From assembly GCA_964442285.1 (NCBI GenBank), contig CAYTZH010000002.1, positions 36,260 to 100,259 on the forward strand: DNA of 64,000 nt. Reading direction: 5' to 3'. The DNA is from an uncultured Spirochaetales bacterium (lineage in GTDB: Bacteria; Myxococcota_A; UBA9160; JAFDET01). Below the pieces are notes generated by a model. The model saw nothing but the letters and a program-made list of their open reading frames with translations, had not been told where the DNA came from and did no database searches. This document shows, in pieces, positions 57,191 through 64,000 of this stretch. Position 1 is the stretch's first letter; each line of letters starts with the position of its first letter. Made by a program: the position numbers and the translations under genes.

Positions 57191-58048
57191 ATGAAGCGCA
57201 CCGTCGATCCCTGGCGCTTCGCCGGGGGCTTCCTGAAGAACGTGCTCTCCCGGGCGATCCCCGACGAGCCCGCGTACGACGGGATCCCGTGGACCCCCGT
57301 CGCCAAGCCCCTCGCCGCGTCCAAGCTGGCCCTGCTCTCGACGGCGGGGATCTCCATGCGCGACGACCGCCCCTTCGACATGGACTTCGAGCGCAGGAAC
57401 CCCACCCGGGGCGACCCGGGCTGGCGGCGGCTGCGCGCCGACGCCACGGCGGCCGCGATCCGGGCCGACCACCTCCACATCGATACGGGCTACATCGAGC
57501 GCGACCTGAACGTGGCCCTGCCGCTCGACCGGCTGCGCGCGCTGGTGGAGGCCGGCGAGGTGGGCGCCATGGCGCCGAGCCACTACTCGATCATGGGCTA
57601 CCAGGGCAACGACCCGGGCCCCCTGGTGGCGCAGAGCGCCCCGGAGATCGCGGCGGCGATGCGAAGCGAGGAGGTCGACCTGGCCCTCCTCGCGCCCGTC
57701 TGACCCGACTGCTGCCGGTCCGTGGGACGGGTCGCGCGGGTGATCGAGGCGGCGGGAATCCCGACCGTCACCCTCAACATGATCTGGGTCTACCAGAACC
57801 TCGTGGGCATGCCGCGGGTGGCTGCCATCGAGCACCCCTTCGGTCGTCCCTACGGCGACGTGGACGACGTGGAGACGCAGACTGCCGTGCTGCGGGCGGC
57901 GCTGGCCGTCTTCTCCGAGGCGCGCGAGCCGGGCCACGTGGCGCAGCTGCCCTTCGTCTGGCACGAGCACCCGGCGGAGACGAAGTGGCACCCGGCCGAG
58001 CCCAGCCCGATCATCGCCCTGATCAACGCCCGACGCGGCAAGGCCTGA
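57191..58048 (+). CDS. GrdB/PrdB-family selenoprotein (selenoprotein B-like), with in-frame UGA (Sec) at 57701..57703
   Basis: Track ORFs 57173..57703 and 57722..58048 share one frame. Read-through gives ...DLALLAPV-U-PDCCRSVGRVARVIEAAGIPTVTLNMIWVY... (UxxC motif and the family's E.AGIPTV segment). Start is uncertain (ATG 57191 or GTG 57173). Confidence 0.7.
57715..57731 (+). promoter_or_regulatory. Candidate SECIS hairpin
   Basis: 17-nt CCGGUCC-GUG-GGACGGG starts 11 nt after the UGA. There are 6 pairs plus one G-G mismatch, and G/U in the apical loop. Confidence 0.3.
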
Positions 58049-58071
58049 AACCCGGTCGGCATCGCCGAGGC

Positions 58072-59073
58072 TCAGTCGGCCTCGCCCTCGGAGCCCGGCG
58101 CCCGCCGGGTGAGGCCCCGGTAGGCGTCCCGCGCCGTCCGACCCTCGTAGAGCACGCCGTGTACCTCGCTCGCGATCGGCAGGTCGACCTCGTGGACGGC
58201 GCCCAGCTCCATCACCACCCGGGTGGTCTTCACGCCCTCGGCCACCTGGTTCATGGCGGCCACGATCTCGTCGAGGGTGCGACCCTGGCCGAGTTCCTCG
58301 CCCACGTGGCGGTTGCGGCTCTGACGGCTGGTGCAGGTGGCGATGAGGTCGCCCATGCCCGTGAGCCCGGAGAACGTGGCCGGCTCGCCGCCCATGGCGA
58401 CGCCCAGGCGCGTCAGCTCGGCGAGTCCCCGGGTGATGACCGCCGAGCGCGTGTTGTCGCCCACCCCGAGGCCGTCGCCCATGCCGGTGGCGATGGCGAT
58501 CACGTTCTTCAAGGCGCCGCCCAGCTCGCAGCCGCGAACGTCGTGATTGGTGTACACCCGGAACACGCCCGAGTGGAACACCGCCTGGAGCTGGCGTGCG
58601 ATCTCCGGGCGCTCGAAGGCGATCACGCTGGCCGCCGCGTAGCCGGCCATGATCTCCTTGGCCAGGTTGGGGCCGGTGAGCACGCCCGTGGGATGGTCGG
58701 GCAGGATCTCCTGCACCACCTGGGTCATGCGCAGGTGGCTGCCGCGCTCGAGGCCCTTGGCCAGGCTCACCACCGGGACCCAGGGCCGGATGAACCCGGC
58801 CACCTGCTTCAGTACCTCCCGCATGCCCAGGGAGGGAACGCCCATCACCACCACGTCGGCCGTGCGCACCACCTCCTCGAGTGAGTCCGAGGCGCGCACG
58901 GCCTCGGCGATCCGGTAGCCGGGCAGGTAGCGCTCGTGGGTGTGCTCCCGATTGATCTCGTCGGCGGTCTCCGTCCGCCGACACCAGAGCTGGGTGGGCG
59001 CGTTGCGGCTGGCCAGATGGGCGATGGTGGTGCCGAAGGAGCCGGCGCCGACGACGCCGATGCGCAGGGTCAT
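58072..59073 (-). CDS. gpsA: NAD(P)H-dependent glycerol-3-phosphate dehydrogenase
   Basis: IGVVGAGSFGTTIAHLAS, SLAKGLE, GPNLAKEI, ELGGALKNVIAIATGMGDGLG, GDLIATCTS..SRNR. GAGGAGGAG RBS. Confidence 0.9.
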   Translation of the reverse strand: MTLRIGVVGAGSFGTTIAHLASRNAPTQLWCRRTETADEINREHTHERYLPGYRIAEAVRASDSLEEVVRTADVVVMGVPSLGMREVLKQVAGFIRPWVPVVSLAKGLERGSHLRMTQVVQEILPDHPTGVLTGPNLAKEIMAGYAAASVIAFERPEIARQLQAVFHSGVFRVYTNHDVRGCELGGALKNVIAIATGMGDGLGVGDNTRSAVITRGLAELTRLGVAMGGEPATFSGLTGMGDLIATCTSRQSRNRHVGEELGQGRTLDEIVAAMNQVAEGVKTTRVVMELGAVHEVDLPIASEVHGVLYEGRTARDAYRGLTRRAPGSEGEAD

Positions 59074-60545
59074 GGGGTCTCCTCCTCGCGCTGGCCGAGC
59101 ACCTCGAGGTAGCGCTGCCGGATGGCGTGAACCTCCGCGTCGAGACCTGCCGCGGTCCAGTCCCGGGTGTCGACGGGCGGGAGCACCACCGCCTCGATGG
59201 TGGCCGGGCGCACCACCAGGGCGTCCTTCGGCAGGGCGTCGAGCACGTTGCGGAAGACCACGGGCACGAGGGGGACGCCCGCCTGCATGGCCATGTGGAA
59301 GGCGCCCTTCTTGAAGCGGCCGAGCCGGGGGGTAAGGGAGCGCGTTCCCTCGGGCGCGATGGCCAGCGACCGGCCCTGGCGAAGGGCCTCCACGGCGGGC
59401 TCGAGGGCCTCGATGGCCTTGGCCCGGTCCCCGCGGTCGATGAACACCACGCCCGCGGCGCCGAAGAGCGGTCCGAAGATCGGGTTGTTGCGCAGCTCGC
59501 GCTTGGCCACGGCGGTCAGGTCGCGCCGCAGCATCTTCAGCAGGAGCACGGCGTCGAGCCCGCTCTGGTGGTTGAAGATGAAGACGGCCGGACGCTGGGA
59601 CCAGAGGTGCTCCTCGCCCTCCACCCGCAGGTCGATGCCGGCGAGCGATGCGGCCAGGTCGCTCCACACCGAGCCCATCACGTTGGTGCCCTCGCGCCAG
59701 GAGCGGTTGAGGAGCCCGCTGGCGGTGCCGGCCCAGACGGCCGGGACGAGGCTGCCGTAGACCAGGCCCGTCCGGACCACGTCGCCCGCGCTGGGCCGGC
59801 CGCGGCTGTGGAAGCGGCGCACCGGCCAGCGGCGCTCCTTGGCGATCTGGGAGAGCCGGCGGTTGGGGTTCAGGGGCCGCGGCTGGCCCACGATCTCGAG
59901 CAGCGGCAGGTCCTCGTGGCTGTCGGTGTAGAACCAGCTGCGGGAGAGGTCCAGGTCGTGGGCCTCGGCCAGGTCGCGGGCCGCCTTGGCCTTGCCCGGG
60001 CCGTAGCAGGTGGGGTGGAGGATCCCGCCGGTCAGGACGCCGTCGCGCACCTCCAAGCGGGTGCAGAGCACGTGGCGGATGCCCAGGTCGCGGGCCAGGG
60101 GCTCCGCCTGATAGCGGGTGGCCGAAGAGACGATCGCGACCGTGTGGCCTGCCTCGCGGTGGGCCGACACCAGGGCCCGGGACTCGGGATAGATCTGGGT
60201 CGCCAGGTGCTTCTCGAACACCTCCTCGCCGAGCTCCTGGAGGGCGCTCTCGGCGAAGCCCCGGTAGGCCGCCGTGGTGGTGGCCATCAGCCCCGAGAAG
60301 CCGGTCCGGCCCAGGGCGAAGGAGAGGGTGCCGATGAGGGTCTCGGCCACCTCGCGGGGGGCCATGCGGCCGGAGAGGAAGCGCTCCTGGAGGAAGGACG
60401 TCGCCGAGAAGCCGGCCAGGAGGGTCTGGTCCAGGTCGAAGAGCGCGGCGATCTTGGGCCCGCGTGGGCCCTCGCGGATCTCCCGGGTCAGCCGCTGGTG
60501 GAGGCTCATCGGCGCCATTATGGGCGCCCGGGCCGCCGCTGCCAA
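59070..60545 (-). CDS. Bifunctional HAD-IB hydrolase / lysophospholipid (1-acyl-G3P) acyltransferase PlsC-like fusion
   Basis: HAD motif I FDLDQTLL. Acyltransferase motifs NHQSGLD and APEGTRS. Stop overlaps the gpsA ATG (ATGA). TTG start at 60545 with AGAGGAG RBS; ATG at 60509 is an alternative. Confidence 0.85.
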   Translation of the reverse strand: MAAAARAPIMAPMSLHQRLTREIREGPRGPKIAALFDLDQTLLAGFSATSFLQERFLSGRMAPREVAETLIGTLSFALGRTGFSGLMATTTAAYRGFAESALQELGEEVFEKHLATQIYPESRALVSAHREAGHTVAIVSSATRYQAEPLARDLGIRHVLCTRLEVRDGVLTGGILHPTCYGPGKAKAARDLAEAHDLDLSRSWFYTDSHEDLPLLEIVGQPRPLNPNRRLSQIAKERRWPVRRFHSRGRPSAGDVVRTGLVYGSLVPAVWAGTASGLLNRSWREGTNVMGSVWSDLAASLAGIDLRVEGEEHLWSQRPAVFIFNHQSGLDAVLLLKMLRRDLTAVAKRELRNNPIFGPLFGAAGVVFIDRGDRAKAIEALEPAVEALRQGRSLAIAPEGTRSLTPRLGRFKKGAFHMAMQAGVPLVPVVFRNVLDALPKDALVVRPATIEAVVLPPVDTRDWTAAGLDAEVHAIRQRYLEVLGQREEETP

Positions 60546-60577
60546 ACGGCTCCTCTTCCCGTCCCCGCGCGGCTAGG

Positions 60578-61648
60578 ATGGCGGCCATGGCCAGCGACGC
60601 CCCGTCCCGCGAGCCCGGCGCCGACGGTCTCGGCGCTCCGCCGTGGTTCCTGCGCGGGGCCGAGCTCCTGCGCTGGAGCCCCCTGGGCCTCGGCCTGGCG
60701 AGTGCGGCGCTGCTGGTGGTCCTGCAGGTGGCCGCCTGGCTGGGGCTGCAGCGGGTGCTCGACCAGCCACCGGCCATCGGCGAGACGGAGCTCCGGCCGA
60801 TGCTCTTCTTCGCGGTGCTGATCGCCTTCACGCCGGCGGCCGTGGCCCATTGCGCGCGACGCCTCCGGCGCGACCTGGAAGACCTCGAGCCGGTGCTCAC
60901 CCTGGATGCGGGCGAACGCCGGCGCGGCCTGGCTCGGATGGAGCACGTACCCCTCGGCCGTTTCCTGGCGGTGGCCGGCGCCTTCCAGCTCCTGGCCTTC
61001 GTGGCCATGGAGGCCAACATCGGGCGGATCTCGACGGTCCTCTCCGCCGAGCGGACCCCCTTCGACGTCTACATCGTGGCCATGTCGTTCCTGGTGATCG
61101 GGTCGATCACGGCGCCCGTCCTGGTGCTGCTCCAGGTCGCCCTGGGCTTCCGGCAGCTGGGCTGGGAGCACGCGCGGGTGGAGCTCTTCGAGCTCGGACG
61201 GCTCGAGCCCTTCGGGCGGATGGGCGTGCGGGCGGCCCTCATCAGTCCGCTGGTCATGGGGCTCGCCATGCTGCTCGGTACGGGGGTCCATCTCGGCGCC
61301 GTGGTCGGCGCCACCGTGTTCGTAGGGGTCCTGTCCGGCTCGCTCCTGCTGCTGCCCTCCCTGGGCGTCCGCCGGCGGGTGGCCCAAGCCAAGGCGGCGG
61401 AGGAGGCCCGGGTTGCCCGCGCGCTGCGGGGCGAGCCGGGTGCCCTCGACGACTCCCCGATCGGCCACGAGGCCGAGCGCCTGCGCATGGTGGACCTGCT
61501 GGCCTACCGGGCCATGGTGGCCGACCTGCGCGAGTGGCCGATCGCCTACGGCCAGTGGCGTCGGGTCGGCGTCTACATGCTGATCCCCCTGGCCACGTGG
61601 ACGGCCAAGGCCCTGGTGGAGCGGATCGTGGGCAGCCTGCTGGGCTAG
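60578..61648 (+). CDS. Hypothetical polytopic membrane protein
   Basis: Several TM helices (LGLASAALLVVLQVAAWLG, MLFFAVLIAFTPAAV, VYIVAMSFLVIGSITAPVLVLL...). Good GC3 bias. No recognisable domain. Confidence 0.6.
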   Translation: MAAMASDAPSREPGADGLGAPPWFLRGAELLRWSPLGLGLASAALLVVLQVAAWLGLQRVLDQPPAIGETELRPMLFFAVLIAFTPAAVAHCARRLRRDLEDLEPVLTLDAGERRRGLARMEHVPLGRFLAVAGAFQLLAFVAMEANIGRISTVLSAERTPFDVYIVAMSFLVIGSITAPVLVLLQVALGFRQLGWEHARVELFELGRLEPFGRMGVRAALISPLVMGLAMLLGTGVHLGAVVGATVFVGVLSGSLLLLPSLGVRRRVAQAKAAEEARVARALRGEPGALDDSPIGHEAERLRMVDLLAYRAMVADLREWPIAYGQWRRVGVYMLIPLATWTAKALVERIVGSLLG

Positions 61649-62778
61649 GCGGGCGGCTCGTCGCCGCCGGCCCAGCCGTCCAGGCGCTCCATGGTGTCGG
61701 CGTACTCCTGGACCAGCTCCTGCATCACCGTCCGCACGGACTTCACGTGCTTCAAGGAGCCGACGATCTGGCCCACGAAGTAGTTGGCCAGGTCCGCCGC
61801 CCCCGGCGACTTGTGGGCCGAGCGCGAGATCCGCGCCTGGGCTTCGCGGACGAGCTGGGGCTGGAGGGGCATCGGCAGCGGATCCGGGTTCGCGGGATCC
61901 TCCCAGGCGTCGGTCCAGGCGCTGCGCAGCTGACGCGCCGGCTTGCCGGTGAGCGAGCGGCTGCGGACGGTGTCGCTGGACGATGCCCGCAGGAACTTCT
62001 CCTTCACCACGGAGTGGGTCTCCGCCTCCTCGGTGATCAGCCACAGGGATCCCATCCACACGCCCTGGGCGCCGAGGGCGAGGGCGGCGGTGACCTGGCG
62101 CCCGTTGCCGATGCCGCCCGCCGCCAGCACCGGAATCGGGGCGACGGCGTCCACGACCTCGGGCACGAGCACCAGCGTGGAGACGTCGCCGGTGTGCCCG
62201 CCCGCCTCGGTGCCCTGGGCGACGACCAGGTCGACCCCGGCTTCGGCGTGGCGCCGGGCGTGCTCCACGGTGCCCGCCAGCGCCGCGACCTTCACCCCGT
62301 GCTCGCGACCCTGCTCCACCATCCAGGCCGGCGGCGGCCCGAGCGCCGACGCGATCAAGGAGATCCGCCGCCGGAAGACGAACTCGATCACATCGCGCTG
62401 CCGCTCGTAGCCGACGCTGAACGCCGGAGCGACCCGCGTGTCGGGGGGCAGGGGGGGGACCTCGTGGCGCGCCAGCAGGTCGTCGAGGAAGCGCCGATGC
62501 CCCTCCGGGATGCGGGCCTCGAGCTCGTCGGCGCCGAGGCCGCCGCGGTCGCTGCCCACGAAGCGGGCCGGCAGCAGCAGGTCGACGCCGTAGGGCCGGT
62601 CGCCGATCTCGTTCTCGATCCAGTCGAGCTCCATCTTCAAGTGGTCGAGGGAGTGGCCGGCCACCCCCAGCACGCCGAGGCCTCCGGCTTTCGACACGGC
62701 CGCCGCCACGTCGCGGCAGTGGGTGAACGCGAAGATCGGAAACTCCAGTCCGAGGTCGCGGGCGAGCTGGGTGTGCAT
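61645..62778 (-). CDS. Nitronate monooxygenase/NAD(P)H-dependent flavin oxidoreductase (NMO family)
   Basis: FPIFAFTHCRDVAAAVSKAGGLGVLG, VVAQGTEAGGHTG, PVLAAGGIGNGRQVTAALALGAQGVWMGS. GGAAGGAG RBS. Confidence 0.85.
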   Translation of the reverse strand: MHTQLARDLGLEFPIFAFTHCRDVAAAVSKAGGLGVLGVAGHSLDHLKMELDWIENEIGDRPYGVDLLLPARFVGSDRGGLGADELEARIPEGHRRFLDDLLARHEVPPLPPDTRVAPAFSVGYERQRDVIEFVFRRRISLIASALGPPPAWMVEQGREHGVKVAALAGTVEHARRHAEAGVDLVVAQGTEAGGHTGDVSTLVLVPEVVDAVAPIPVLAAGGIGNGRQVTAALALGAQGVWMGSLWLITEEAETHSVVKEKFLRASSSDTVRSRSLTGKPARQLRSAWTDAWEDPANPDPLPMPLQPQLVREAQARISRSAHKSPGAADLANYFVGQIVGSLKHVKSVRTVMQELVQEYADTMERLDGWAGGDEPPA

Positions 62779-62791
62779 GGGGCTCCTTCCG

Positions 62792-63871
62792 TCAGGCGAA
62801 GCCCTGCAGCTTCGCGGCCCGCGCGCGCAGGAGCTCGGGTCCGCCGAGCAGGTGCCGCGCGCTCCCGATGCGCTTGTACCAGAAGTGCAGGTTCTGCTCG
62901 TCGGTCCAGCCGATGCCGCCGTGGACCTGGGTGGCCACGCTCGCGATCTCGCGACCGATCTCCGAGACGTGGGCGAGGGCGTGACACGCCATCAACGGCG
63001 CCTCGTCGGGCTGGGCGTCGAAGCTGTGGGCGGCGTACCAGAGCAGCGAGCGGGCGGGCTCGAGCTCGGCCACCATCTCGGCGCACAGGTGCTTCACCGC
63101 CTGGAACGAGCCGATCACGCGGTCGAACTGCTTGCGCTGCAGGGCGTAGGCCACCGACTGCTCGAGCATCGACGCGCAGGCGCCGAGGGCGTCGGCGGCC
63201 AGGACGATGCGGCCCGCGTCGAGCACCCGGTCGACGACCGCCGCGGCGTCGTCGAAGACGGCCTCGGGCTCGACGTCGTCGAGCACCAGCTCCGACGTGC
63301 AGCGGGTGGCGTCGACGGTCGCCAGGCGCGCGATCGCGAGCCCCGGTGCGTCGGCGCGGACCACCGCCAGCCGCGCGCCCTCGACGGCCAGCAGCAGCAG
63401 GTCGGCGCTGGGGGCGTCGAGGGCCATGAGGGCCTTGCCCCGGAGGCGGCCGTCCGAGACCCGGAGGCCGGCATCCTCGCGCACGGAGAAGGCCTCGGTC
63501 ACGGCGACCCCGAAGATCTGCTCGCCGGAGGCGATGCCGGCCAGCCACTCGGCGCAGCGGGGGCCATCGAGGGCGGCGAGCGCGGTGGGCGCCATCACGG
63601 CCGAGGCGAGGAAGGGGGAGGGGGTGGCCGCGTGGCCCAGGGCCTCGCCCACCAGCGCGGCGTCGAGCAGCGAGAGGCCGCTGCCCCCGTGCTTCTCGTC
63701 GATGCGGATGCCGGTGACGCCGAGCTCGGCCAGCGCCTTCCACAGGCTGCGGTCGTTCGGGCACTCCGCCTCCCGCAGCGCGCGCACGCGCTCGATCGGG
63801 ACCTGATCCCGGAGGAAGCTCCGCACGGTCTCCTCGAGGAGCTGCTGGTCGTCGGAGAGTCCGAAGTCCAC
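62792..63871 (-). CDS. Acyl-CoA dehydrogenase family protein
   Basis: MDFGLSDDQQLLEETVRSFL, YALQRKQFDRVIGSFQAVKHLCAEM, ATQVHGGIGWTDE. GTG start with GAGGAGG RBS. Confidence 0.8.
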   Translation of the reverse strand: MDFGLSDDQQLLEETVRSFLRDQVPIERVRALREAECPNDRSLWKALAELGVTGIRIDEKHGGSGLSLLDAALVGEALGHAATPSPFLASAVMAPTALAALDGPRCAEWLAGIASGEQIFGVAVTEAFSVREDAGLRVSDGRLRGKALMALDAPSADLLLLAVEGARLAVVRADAPGLAIARLATVDATRCTSELVLDDVEPEAVFDDAAAVVDRVLDAGRIVLAADALGACASMLEQSVAYALQRKQFDRVIGSFQAVKHLCAEMVAELEPARSLLWYAAHSFDAQPDEAPLMACHALAHVSEIGREIASVATQVHGGIGWTDEQNLHFWYKRIGSARHLLGGPELLRARAAKLQGFA

Positions 63872-63881
63872 CGCCGCCTCC

Positions 63882-64000
63882 TCAGGCCGCCGCCGGCCTG
63901 GGCTCGCGGGGGAGGCCCAGGCCGCGCTCGGCGATGATGTTCTTCTGGATCTGGGCGGTGCCGCCCCCGATGATCAGCCCGAGGGAGAACATCGAGAAGG
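63882..64000 (-). CDS. Acyl-CoA dehydrogenase, C-terminal fragment (gene starts beyond window)
   Basis: Translation ...FSMFSLGLIIGGGTAQIQKNIIAERGLGLPREPRPAAAA* is the typical ACAD C-terminus. Confidence 0.7.
   Translation of the reverse strand, partial: FSMFSLGLIIGGGTAQIQKNIIAERGLGLPREPRPAAA

Overview
High-GC (roughly 70%) bacterial chromosomal segment. Gene content (PEP-CTERM proteins, a PEGA protein, a YVTN beta-propeller lipoprotein, nrfHA, de novo glycine-betaine synthesis) suggests a halotolerant or marine Myxococcota/deltaproteobacterium-like organism; that is inference only. I call about 55 protein-coding genes, and found no rRNA, tRNA, CRISPR array, transposase or integrase. Many long ORFs in the six-frame track are high-GC shadow ORFs, so real genes were chosen by recognisable domains, third-position GC bias, Shine-Dalgarno motifs and start/stop overlaps. 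Identifiable blocks: ppc 3' end; MCP and GGDEF signalling genes; an NrtR-like/SPFH/NAD-kinase-like operon with a striking AT-rich promoter island; a TetR-controlled aromatic or hydroquinone-type catabolic operon; a P450, a diheme cytochrome c and a fused alpha-oxoamine-synthase/GNAT-like gene; nrfHA nitrite reductase next to a hybrid histidine kinase; four paralogous Thr-type sulfatase-like genes surrounding a lower-GC GSMT-SDMT-BCCT betaine cassette; lspA; gpsA coupled to a HAD/PlsC fusion; and acyl-CoA dehydrogenases. Most notable finds: (1) two ORFs joined by an in-frame TGA into a GrdB/PrdB-family selenoprotein with a UxxC motif and a SECIS-like hairpin 11 nt downstream; (2) an 829-aa AOS + BioF2-like acyltransferase fusion in an odd operon context, possibly making an aminoketone or ceramide-like lipid or signal; (3) the NrtR-SPFH-NADK-like module; (4) a sulfatase paralog interrupted by an in-frame TAG, and a frameshifted conserved gene upstream of nrfHA. 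All functional calls rest on motif recognition by eye; no database searches were run.
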